Shown here: positions 44,078 to 52,469 of the stretch, piece after piece
How the letters are laid out: the number at the start of each line of letters is the position of its first letter
Numbering within the stretch: the first letter of the stretch is position 1
NCBI GenBank assembly: GCA_949296805.1
Contig: CASFPO010000045.1
Location: 37,330 to 101,329 of the forward strand
DNA length: 64,000 nt
DNA from: an uncultured Bacillota bacterium
Lineage (GTDB): Bacteria > Bacillota > Clostridia > Christensenellales > UBA1242
Direction: 5' to 3'
Translations under genes and position numbers: made by a program
Notes under the pieces: generated by a model
Database searches by the model: none
What the model saw: the letters and a program-made list of their open reading frames with translations, nothing else
What the model was told of the DNA's origin: nothing

Positions 44078-44818
44078 TTAAGCATTTTTTACGCTGTCTT
44101 CATTTTCTTTACCATCAACAAAGGCTCTAAGCTCATTTACATCCACTTGGCTTACTTCAACATCGGCTTCTATTTTTTCAACATTTTCCCCTTTTAAGTA
44201 ATCTGGGAGTTCTTCATTAAATTCTATGTCATCTACATTTCTAAACAATGTATCTTGATTTGCCGAGTCCTCTTCCTGTCTTATTGTTTTAATACGCTCA
44301 AGCAGTTCTTCATAATCAGGCAAGTCGGAAATATTTTTAATATCAAACCTTTTAAGAAAGTTTTCTGTTGTGCCAAATAGAAGAGGCTTGCCTACCGCAT
44401 CCTTTCTGCCAACCACCTCAATCATATTTTGGTCTATAAGTATCTGCACAGCATAGTCAGAGTTAACCCCTCGAATATCTTCAATATCAAGTTTTGTTAT
44501 TGGCTGTTTATAAGCAATTATGGCAAGTGTTTCAAGCGCGGCTCGTGTTAAAGATTTTTCTCGGATAGGATTTAAAACATCAGATATAAAGCTGGCATAA
44601 TTTGGATTTGTTGCAAGCTGAACTTTATCTTTGTATTCTATTAAATGCACACCTTTATCTCCGCTCAGTTCTTGCTTTAGCTCATCAAGTGCCTTTTCTA
44701 TATCCTTTTTGCTTACCTCAAGTTTTTCGGCTAAAAAGGACTTCTCTATTCCGTCTCCTGCTACAAATAGTATTGAGTAGAGGATTTCTTTTAAATTTTT
44801 ATCGTCTAACATATTCAT
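44078..44818 (-). CDS. scpB: segregation and condensation protein B (with an acidic C-terminal extension)
   Basis: ILFVAGDGI..., LTRAALETLAIIAYKQPITK..IEDIRGV and GRKDAVGKPLLFGTT are ScpB motifs. Overlaps scpA by 4 nt. Confidence 0.92.
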   Translation of the reverse strand: MNMLDDKNLKEILYSILFVAGDGIEKSFLAEKLEVSKKDIEKALDELKQELSGDKGVHLIEYKDKVQLATNPNYASFISDVLNPIREKSLTRAALETLAIIAYKQPITKLDIEDIRGVNSDYAVQILIDQNMIEVVGRKDAVGKPLLFGTTENFLKRFDIKNISDLPDYEELLERIKTIRQEEDSANQDTLFRNVDDIEFNEELPDYLKGENVEKIEADVEVSQVDVNELRAFVDGKENEDSVKNA

Positions 44819-45615
44819 ACTTGGACCTCATTTGATATTATGTTGATTTGTTGGAATATTCCCATCTGCTCCACTCTTACGCTTTGTAATTTTAAAAGTT
44901 CAAGCAAAGCTAAAAAGACATTTATCATTTCACTTTTGGTCATATCGTTTGTAAACAGCTCTTCAAAAGGAAATCTTTTATGCTCACGGGCATAGCCTCG
45001 TATAGAGATGATTTTTTCTGCTACGGTAAATCTATCTTTAACGATTTTTTTAGGCTCTTCCTTTTCTTTGCCTCTAGCCTGTTGTTTGGCAAGCAGATTG
45101 GCAAAAGCATCTAAAAGCTTGTCAAGAACCATATCCTTAATGATAATTTTTACTTTTTCAGTTTCTTTGCCTGGCAATCTGTAAAGCTTATTGATATCTT
45201 CAATTTCTTTTAACCTTGCACCTGTCTTTTTGAACAATTCATATTCTTTTAGACGCTGTAAAAGTAAAGCCTCGCTGTCCTCAACCTCTTCATCCTCCTC
45301 ACTCTCAACAGGAAGAAGATGTTTTGATTTTATCTCAATTAAAGTAGCCGCAACTGTGATAAACTCACTTGCCCTATCCATATCCACACTGTCAAGGTCT
45401 TGCATATACTCTAAATACTGCTCGGTTATATCAGCAAGCTTGATAGTCATTATATCTAGCTTAGCGTCCTTTATAAGATGCAAGAGTAGATCAAGCGGAC
45501 CTTCAAAATTATCGAGTTTAAATCTATATTTATCCTCGACAAAAGAAAGCTGCTGTGTTTGAACAACGTCTTCTTCCTTTGTCTGAATGTTTTCAACTAC
45601 TTCGCTATTTTCCAC
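44815..45615 (-). CDS. scpA: segregation and condensation protein A (GTG start)
   Basis: FEGPLDLLLHLIKDAKLDI..I.LADITEQY is the ScpA/kleisin N-terminal signature. AGGAG SD before GTG. Confidence 0.92.
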   Translation of the reverse strand: MENSEVVENIQTKEEDVVQTQQLSFVEDKYRFKLDNFEGPLDLLLHLIKDAKLDIMTIKLADITEQYLEYMQDLDSVDMDRASEFITVAATLIEIKSKHLLPVESEEDEEVEDSEALLLQRLKEYELFKKTGARLKEIEDINKLYRLPGKETEKVKIIIKDMVLDKLLDAFANLLAKQQARGKEKEEPKKIVKDRFTVAEKIISIRGYAREHKRFPFEELFTNDMTKSEMINVFLALLELLKLQSVRVEQMGIFQQINIISNEVQV

Positions 45616-45812
45616 CTTAACTCCTAGTAAAGTTTACTTAAATAGTATATTATATATTTTTTTTAAAAGCAAGCGTTTTTAAGCTTTAGCTAGAGTTAAC
45701 AAAAAATATTCTTCTTGACAATCTGATAAAATTCTTTTGTCTTTTCGACAAAATTTGATAAAATTTTCTTGTATGACAAAATAGGTCAACTACAATCCTT
45801 TCATCTTTTTCG

Positions 45813-46376
45813 ATGTTACTTGTAAGCATAATATTATTGCTTATATATTTTATTTTTAAGCCAAGTTATGCAAGCTTAACTTTTAAAGCTAGCAATGTAA
45901 CCTTTTATGTAGGACAGTCAGTTTATAATTTTTATGAAATCTCTGAAGAGGCAGAGTTGACTTTTGAAGTTAGCGATAATAATATTATAGATATTAATTC
46001 TGAGAGGATACTAGCCCTCAACATAGGATCGGTATCAGTAAATATCCTTGCCAAAATTGACGATCAAATCTATAAAACTACCTTTAATGTTACCGTTTTA
46101 AACTATACCTATTCTTTTAAAATAGATGCAATCGAAGGCTGTGAATATAAAGATAATATACTATATTCCTACAGCGGCAACAACATTTTTGACATTGAAG
46201 TTTTTGACAAAGATGGCAGTAAATTATCAAATCTAAAATATAAGTATAGCTGTCAAAATGCAGTTTTACAAAAGGAGCTCTCTTTATTTTATCTTTATGC
46301 TACACAAAATTGCACTATAGAAATTGATTACTATGAGCTTGACTATAAAGTAAAAATTTATGTAATCAAAGCATAA
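45813..46376 (+). CDS. hypothetical membrane-anchored protein, possible Ig-like (Big_2-type) domain
   Basis: 187-aa ORF with an N-terminal hydrophobic anchor. The NIGSVSVNILAKIDDQIYKTTFNVTV pattern is Big_2-like. No SD before the only available ATG, so the start is uncertain. Confidence 0.45.
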   Translation: MLLVSIILLLIYFIFKPSYASLTFKASNVTFYVGQSVYNFYEISEEAELTFEVSDNNIIDINSERILALNIGSVSVNILAKIDDQIYKTTFNVTVLNYTYSFKIDAIEGCEYKDNILYSYSGNNIFDIEVFDKDGSKLSNLKYKYSCQNAVLQKELSLFYLYATQNCTIEIDYYELDYKVKIYVIKA

Positions 46377-46424
46377 AAAAGTGTAATTGTAGTCTCTTTA
46401 CAGAAACTAGATAATTACACTTTT
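46375..46424. terminator. bidirectional terminator between convergent genes
   Basis: Stem gtgtaatt/aattacac (8 to 10 bp) flanked by an A-run and a T-run. Confidence 0.6.
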
Positions 46425-46428
46425 ATTT

Positions 46429-47580
46429 CTACCAAGTAGTTACTATTTTATCAAAGCAATCTCTTAAAGACAAAGCCTCAATATTTGTTTTGACTACAAG
46501 GTCAATCTCTTTGATTACCTTTCCATTATTTGATATTATTGCCTTGCCTATAATATCCTCTTGCTTTGTAGGAGCTTTGACCTCGGTTGGATTTTCAAAA
46601 GTAACGTCATAGCTTGCCTTATCCCCTTTCTTGACAACTACACTATAATTTTCTTTTGCAAAAATGTCCACATTATCTTGTTTGCCTTTGCTTACTTTTA
46701 AATTCATAATAGGAGAAGCCGAGTCAACTATATTTTTACTTTCATAATTTGCAAAGCCGTAATTAAACAATTTGGTACATTCATTAAAGCGTGTTTGGCT
46801 ATTATTTGCCCCAATGACAACGGAAATTAATCTCATATTATTCCTTTTTGCAGAGGCTGAAAGACAGCAACCCGCTTCATTAGTAGAGCCTGTTTTACCA
46901 CCATCACAACCTTCGTAATATCTAATCAATCTATTGGTGTTAACAAGTTCGGTCTTCCTTCCTGACGGATGAATAAGCTCATCCATCCAAATTATACTAT
47001 ATTTGTGATAAAGTTGATGCTCTGCCACCTCCTTTAAGACAATAGCACAGTCTTGAGCTGAAGAATATTGCTCGGGAGCTGGTAAGCCAGTACAATTGAC
47101 ATAATTGGTGTCAACCATACCAAGTTCTTTTGCCTTTTCGTTCATCTTTACAACAAAAGCCTTTTCACTGCCACTTATGTACTCAGCCAGTGCCACTGAG
47201 GCATCATTAGCTGAGGAGATTATCACACTTTTTAACAAATCACCCGCAGTGTACTCTACATAAGGGTCGATAAATACCTGACTTCCGCCCATACTCGAGG
47301 CATTTTCGGTAGTTGTGATAAGAGTCTCTTCAGTAATTGCACCATTATCAAACTGCTCTAAGGTTAACAAAATGGTCATCAATTTAACCATACTTGCAAT
47401 AGGAAGATGCTCCTTTGAGTTATGGCTATATAGGATATTGCCTGAAGCGTAATCGACAAGGCAGGCACTTTTGCAAGTTAAATCCACTTCTTGCCCTTGC
47501 GCACTCGCTTGAAGCGGAGTGAAGGCAAGTGAAGATAAAGTCAGACATAGTAGCAAAATCAAAATCAATGTTTTTTTCAT
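46429..47580 (-). CDS. D-alanyl-D-alanine carboxypeptidase (S11, DacB/DacF-like)
   Basis: Signal peptide, SxxK (ASMVKLMT), SxN (SSANDA) and KTG (GGKTGST) motifs, and a PBP5 C-terminal domain. Confidence 0.88.
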   Translation of the reverse strand: MKKTLILILLLCLTLSSLAFTPLQASAQGQEVDLTCKSACLVDYASGNILYSHNSKEHLPIASMVKLMTILLTLEQFDNGAITEETLITTTENASSMGGSQVFIDPYVEYTAGDLLKSVIISSANDASVALAEYISGSEKAFVVKMNEKAKELGMVDTNYVNCTGLPAPEQYSSAQDCAIVLKEVAEHQLYHKYSIIWMDELIHPSGRKTELVNTNRLIRYYEGCDGGKTGSTNEAGCCLSASAKRNNMRLISVVIGANNSQTRFNECTKLFNYGFANYESKNIVDSASPIMNLKVSKGKQDNVDIFAKENYSVVVKKGDKASYDVTFENPTEVKAPTKQEDIIGKAIISNNGKVIKEIDLVVKTNIEALSLRDCFDKIVTTW

Positions 47581-47640
47581 AAAACTCTCCTTTTTAGAAA
47601 TAGTTTTATCAAAAAAATCGTTTTTATACCATTTTTATTA

Positions 47641-48258
47641 TCATATAACTAAAATAACTTTGGCACTAAATAAAGCCAGTAGGATGGTCTCAATAAGACA
47701 AACAAGCAGTAATAAACTTAGGCTTGCAAGCACAACCTTTGTCTTTTGTTTAGGAATTTTACAGCCACCAAACGCCCTATAATCGCAAAAAGTTTTTGAC
47801 ATTAAAATAAAAAATAGTCCTAAAATAGCCAATATAATTAGCTGACAAGGGAAAGCTACAATAATAGATACAACTATTCCAGAAAAACCATACACAACAA
47901 CCATTATACAGATATTAAGCCCTAAAAGATAGGCTCTATATCCCAAAAAAATAATACCTATTACAAAAGTATAGTTATTAAAAGAAGAGGCAAGCAAAAT
48001 CAAAAAAACTACCATTATAGATAATAGCCGTGTAAAAAAGGTTGAAGCTACCACTCCGTTTTCTGAAATATCTACCACTCCAAAGTTATTTATTGTATTG
48101 TAGTTGTTTTGGACTCGCACCCCTACTATTATGCCTGTAATAAGGGCTATGATAGTAACCGTTAAAATTATAATAGTTTTGATTTTACATTGTTTTACTG
48201 TATCAAAAATAAAATTTGTCGCATCGGCAAATAGTCGATTTTTGTGTTTATTTGTCAT
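47641..48258 (-). CDS. SpoIIM-like (DUF95) integral membrane protein, tentative
   Basis: 205 aa with about 5 TM helices. Topology and segments such as AFPCQLIILAILG resemble stage II sporulation protein M. Weak similarity judged by eye. Confidence 0.4.
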   Translation of the reverse strand: MTNKHKNRLFADATNFIFDTVKQCKIKTIIILTVTIIALITGIIVGVRVQNNYNTINNFGVVDISENGVVASTFFTRLLSIMVVFLILLASSFNNYTFVIGIIFLGYRAYLLGLNICIMVVVYGFSGIVVSIIVAFPCQLIILAILGLFFILMSKTFCDYRAFGGCKIPKQKTKVVLASLSLLLLVCLIETILLALFSAKVILVI

Positions 48259-48336
48259 ATTTTAATTTATGTATATTAGCTTAAAAAAAGAACAGAATAA
48301 CTGCTCTTTATTTTGCCTTCATTAAGCTATATGTTT

Positions 48337-49557
48337 TTAATAAAGCTCTATCAATTTTTCTGCAAAGGCTTTTATATGCTCATAGGTTAGCCCGCCTTGA
48401 AAATAAGCTATATACGGAACTCTGATAGGACTGTCGCAAGAAAGTTCTATTGACGAGCCACCCACAAAAGTTCCTGCCGCCATAATAACCTTATCACTAT
48501 AGCCCGGCATATCCCAAGGCATAGGCAAAACATATCCATCAACTGGAGAGACTTTCTGCACAGTTTGAACAAATTTAATCAGCTCATCAGCATTATTAAA
48601 CACCACTGATTTTACTATATCTTGAGGCTTTTCACTATTAGATGGTATAACTTTGTAGCCTTTATCTTCCATTATCTGACCAACCAAAGCTGTACCTTTT
48701 AAAGCCTGTGCAACTGTGTGAGGTGCTGTAAACAGACCTTGATAGAATAATCTATACCCCATTTCAAAGGAGCCTACTTCTAGTTTTAAAGATGGATTTG
48801 TATATCTAGTAGAGATTTTGTCTATAGCCTTTTCTGTGCCAACAATATACCCGCCTGTAGGAGCAAGTCCGCCACCTGGGTTTTTTATAAGCGAGCCAAC
48901 CACAACATCAGCCCCAACATCTGTAGGCTCTATATCGTCAACAAATTCGCCATAACAATTATCAACCACAATCAAGCTATCTTTAGATAATTTTTTAATG
49001 TTATCAAAAATAGGCTTCATTTCACAGGGCGACAAAGCTTTTCGTGAGCTATAACCTCTTGAGCGTTGTAGATAAACAATAGTAGGTTTAAGTTTTTTTA
49101 CAAGCTTAAAAATTTCTTGCTCATTATACGAGCCATCCTCTTTAAGTTCAATCTGTCTATATTTAACCCCAAAGTTTTCAAGTGAGCCATTATCTTTGCC
49201 AAACAAACTCTCGTGCAAGGTATCATAAGGCTTGCCTGTAATAGATAGCATTAAATCGCCTGGACGCAACAGTCCAAATAGCACGGTGCTAATTGCGTGC
49301 GTGCCACATGTCAAAATTGGAGAGACAATAGCCTTTTCTCCGCCGAACACCTTGGCATAAACCTTGGCGAGAGTATCTCTGCCCACATCGTCATAGCCAT
49401 AGCCAGTTGTACCTAAAAAACACTGAGTTGAGACCTTTAATTCAATAAAGGCATTTAATACCTTTTTTTGATTTATAAAGGCTATCTCATCTATCTTTGC
49501 AAAACGGTCTTTAAGTTTTTCTTCCGTCTTTTTTAAAATCTCTATTGTATTAACCAT
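48337..49557 (-). CDS. aluminium-resistance/YnbB family PLP enzyme (Met_gamma_lyase family)
   Basis: GTTGYGYDDVGRD, VSPILTCGTHAI, LQRSRGYS.R.. and GSLIKNPGGGLAPTGGYIVG are characteristic of this family. Conserved position after miaA. Confidence 0.8.
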   Translation of the reverse strand: MVNTIEILKKTEEKLKDRFAKIDEIAFINQKKVLNAFIELKVSTQCFLGTTGYGYDDVGRDTLAKVYAKVFGGEKAIVSPILTCGTHAISTVLFGLLRPGDLMLSITGKPYDTLHESLFGKDNGSLENFGVKYRQIELKEDGSYNEQEIFKLVKKLKPTIVYLQRSRGYSSRKALSPCEMKPIFDNIKKLSKDSLIVVDNCYGEFVDDIEPTDVGADVVVGSLIKNPGGGLAPTGGYIVGTEKAIDKISTRYTNPSLKLEVGSFEMGYRLFYQGLFTAPHTVAQALKGTALVGQIMEDKGYKVIPSNSEKPQDIVKSVVFNNADELIKFVQTVQKVSPVDGYVLPMPWDMPGYSDKVIMAAGTFVGGSSIELSCDSPIRVPYIAYFQGGLTYEHIKAFAEKLIELY

Positions 49558-50453
49558 TTTTCTACCATCTCCTTTGCCTGCTTTACTGCATTTTCTTTAT
49601 TTGATACATCGATATACTCTACGCCTTTTATTCCTCTTAGGAATGTCAACTGTCGTTTAGCATAATTTCTAGTATGCTTTTTTATTAGCTCTGCCATCTC
49701 TTCTTGTGTTATTTCTTTTTTTAAATATGGCACAACCTCTTTATATCCAATAGCTTTAAAGGGCTGAATTTTATCTCCATATTTTTTGTAGAGAGTGTCA
49801 ACTTCTTCTATTAACCCCTCGCTTATCATCCTATCAACCCTTTTATTTATCTTGTGATAAAGTTGTTCTCGCTCTAAACAAGTGGCAAGTACTTTAAAGT
49901 CATAGTTATCATTTTGCCTCTTACTTTTTTCACTACCAAAGGTGGCAATTTCCAAAGCCCGAATAACCCTAACCTTATTGTTTTTATCTACCTTTTGAGC
50001 TAAACTTTTGTCAAGCTTAACTAATCTGCTAAAAACACTTTCAAGCCCAGCAGTAGCGATTTGTTTTTCAAGTTCTGCTCTAAACTCGCTATGCTTTTCA
50101 GTTTCGCCAAAGTTATAACCCTCTATTAAAGACTTGGCATACAGCCCAGTTCCGCCAACTATGATAGGAAGTTTGCCTTGACTGGCAATTTGTTTAATCA
50201 TCTTTTTTGTATACTCAACATAATCGTAAACAGAATATTCTTCGCTTGGCGATAGTAAATCTATCCCATAATGCACAACGCCTTCCATTTCCTGCCCAGT
50301 AACCTTTGCCGAGCCAATATTAAATTCTTTAAAGATTTGAACAGAATCAGCTGAAATAATTTCTCCACCAAAAAGTTTGGCAAGCCTAATAGCAAGGTCT
50401 GACTTACCTGAGCCTGTAGCACCCAAAATAAATAGGACTTTTGTTTTTTTCAT
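49542..50453 (-). CDS. miaA: tRNA dimethylallyltransferase
   Basis: ILGATGSGKSDLAI P-loop, ISADSVQIF, GGTGLY and YAKRQLTF motifs. Confidence 0.95.
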   Translation of the reverse strand: MKKTKVLFILGATGSGKSDLAIRLAKLFGGEIISADSVQIFKEFNIGSAKVTGQEMEGVVHYGIDLLSPSEEYSVYDYVEYTKKMIKQIASQGKLPIIVGGTGLYAKSLIEGYNFGETEKHSEFRAELEKQIATAGLESVFSRLVKLDKSLAQKVDKNNKVRVIRALEIATFGSEKSKRQNDNYDFKVLATCLEREQLYHKINKRVDRMISEGLIEEVDTLYKKYGDKIQPFKAIGYKEVVPYLKKEITQEEMAELIKKHTRNYAKRQLTFLRGIKGVEYIDVSNKENAVKQAKEMVEKWLIQ

Positions 50454-50471
50454 AAACTCCTTTTGGTTTAG

Positions 50472-52469
50472 TTAAACAACTCGCTTAAACATCTTTTCAA
50501 ACTCTCGCTTTGAAATTGCAAGTGTTACAGGTCTGCCATGTGGACAAAGCATAACACCCTTTCTTACTTGTTCAATTATATAAGCACACTGGTCTTTAGA
50601 AATATCATCCCCTGCTTTTATTGCATGCTTACAAGCGGTTTGACATAGTTTCTCATGAATGTAATCGCTAGGTTTTTTATCCCAATTAACACTATCCTTA
50701 ATAAGCTCATCGACAAACTTCTCAAGTTCTATATCTGCTAAAACTAAAGGCACACTTTTAATTTTGTACGAGTACTGATTTTTTTCTATAACAAACCCCA
50801 TCTTCTTTAACTGGTCAAGTGAAAGGTCAATATTTGCCGACTCCTTTGCTCCGAGTGAAAAGGTATAAGGTACAAGTAGGTCTTGGGTTGTAATATTGTT
50901 TTCATTTATTTTACTTACCAGTTTATCGTATAGCAGTCTTTCATGTGCTGCGTGCTGGTCAATAAAGTAAACGCTATCTTGAAGCTCAATCACTATATAG
51001 GTTTTGAATAACGTGCCTAAAATTTTCATTTCATCTTTAACTGAGGCGTTTAAAAACTTCTCTGCCTGAGTATTTGCCCTAATTGAAGCAGTAAATTTTT
51101 CGCCAGACTGGTCAAAGAAAAAGGTGCTATTATCTATAGATTCTATGATATACCTATCCTTTAAAGACATCTTGGATAGATCATCAAATTCTTCATTAGT
51201 TTGTTTTTGCTCTTCATCCTTTTTAACTACAATATCAAATTCCTCTGGACTGGCAGGCTTAACTTCTGTGTCTATAAGTTCAACTATATAACTTTTTTCT
51301 TCGTTATCTTTATAACTTTTATCCTCATTTTCCTTATAACTTTTACCTTCATTGTTCGGCAAAATTTCAGCTTTAAAGCCAGCATATTTGTTATCTTGAT
51401 TAGTTTGCTGATGCTGTCCATAAATACCTTTGCTAAAATTAGGTTGTGGCAAAGTATTTTCTTCTTCAAAAATAAAATTTGCGATTTGGTCAGTTGATAA
51501 AAGGGCACTTTCTACTGCTTTACGCATAATAGAAAATATTTTGTTAGGATTGTCAAACCTAACCTCTTTTTTAGACGGATGAACATTGACATCCACACTA
51601 TTTGCAGGCACTATTATTGAAAGCACATAAACAGGAAACCTGCCTTTCATCAAAAAAGCCTCATATACCGACTGCACTGCACTTGACACCAAAAAATTTT
51701 CAACTACTCTGCCATTGATAAACAAAGTTTGATAGGTTCGGTTACTTTTTGAAAGTTTTGGCTTAGTAACGTAACCTTTAACTGTAATATCTTCACTTGT
51801 ATAGTTTACTTCGACAAGGTTATCATAAACTTCTTTTCCATATATTGTATATATTATGTCTTGCATACTACAAGCTGTTGTGTTATAAACCAATTTGCCA
51901 TCTATATAATAAGTAAAAGCAATATCGCTGTGAGAAAGCATAAATTTTTCAATCAGATGAGTGATTTCAGCCTCCTCTGTTTTAGGTTTGCGTAAAAACT
52001 TTGCCCTTACAGGAGTGTTAAAGAATAGGTTAGAACAAGAAATAGTTGTTCCGTTTTCTCTTGCAACTTCAACTACTTGGTCAAAAATACCACCATTTAC
52101 CTTTATAGAATAGCCAACTGCACTCTCTTTAGTTTTTGACGATAATTTTACTTGGCAGACAGCCGAAATACTTGCAAGCGCCTCTCCTCTAAAGCCAAGA
52201 CTTAGGATATTGTCAAGATCCTCAACATCCTTTATCTTGCTTGTTGCATGTGGAAGAAAGGCAGTGGCAATATCCTGCTTTTCAATGCCACAGCCATCAT
52301 CAGATACCGTTATATTTTTAATTCCACCGTCTGTTATCTCTATAACGATGGCTTTGGCTTTGGCATCTATGCTGTTTTCAACAAGTTCTTTTACAATGGA
52401 AGCTGGTCTATCAACCACCTCTCCTGCCGAAATTCTGTTATATACCCTAGGCTCTAAAACATTAATCAT
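50472..52469 (-). CDS. mutL: DNA mismatch repair protein MutL
   Basis: ISAGEVVDRPASIVKELVENSIDA, the GHKL ATPase (DDGCGI, GFRGEALASI), the C-terminal dimerisation domain (QHAAHERLLY) and CPHGRP. Confidence 0.96.
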   Translation of the reverse strand: MINVLEPRVYNRISAGEVVDRPASIVKELVENSIDAKAKAIVIEITDGGIKNITVSDDGCGIEKQDIATAFLPHATSKIKDVEDLDNILSLGFRGEALASISAVCQVKLSSKTKESAVGYSIKVNGGIFDQVVEVARENGTTISCSNLFFNTPVRAKFLRKPKTEEAEITHLIEKFMLSHSDIAFTYYIDGKLVYNTTACSMQDIIYTIYGKEVYDNLVEVNYTSEDITVKGYVTKPKLSKSNRTYQTLFINGRVVENFLVSSAVQSVYEAFLMKGRFPVYVLSIIVPANSVDVNVHPSKKEVRFDNPNKIFSIMRKAVESALLSTDQIANFIFEEENTLPQPNFSKGIYGQHQQTNQDNKYAGFKAEILPNNEGKSYKENEDKSYKDNEEKSYIVELIDTEVKPASPEEFDIVVKKDEEQKQTNEEFDDLSKMSLKDRYIIESIDNSTFFFDQSGEKFTASIRANTQAEKFLNASVKDEMKILGTLFKTYIVIELQDSVYFIDQHAAHERLLYDKLVSKINENNITTQDLLVPYTFSLGAKESANIDLSLDQLKKMGFVIEKNQYSYKIKSVPLVLADIELEKFVDELIKDSVNWDKKPSDYIHEKLCQTACKHAIKAGDDISKDQCAYIIEQVRKGVMLCPHGRPVTLAISKREFEKMFKRVV
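51287..51358 (-). repeat. 3 x 24-nt in-frame tandem repeat in the MutL linker
   Basis: The unit tataactttt... starts at 51287, 51311 and 51335 and encodes (G/D/E)KSYK(E/D)NE repeats. Confidence 0.8.

Noticed and set aside
51201-51508. ORFs on both strands (98 aa plus, 74 aa minus alternative frame) within mutL
   Set aside because: They lie in the tandem-repeat linker region of mutL, where low complexity keeps several frames open. The mutL frame is the conserved one.
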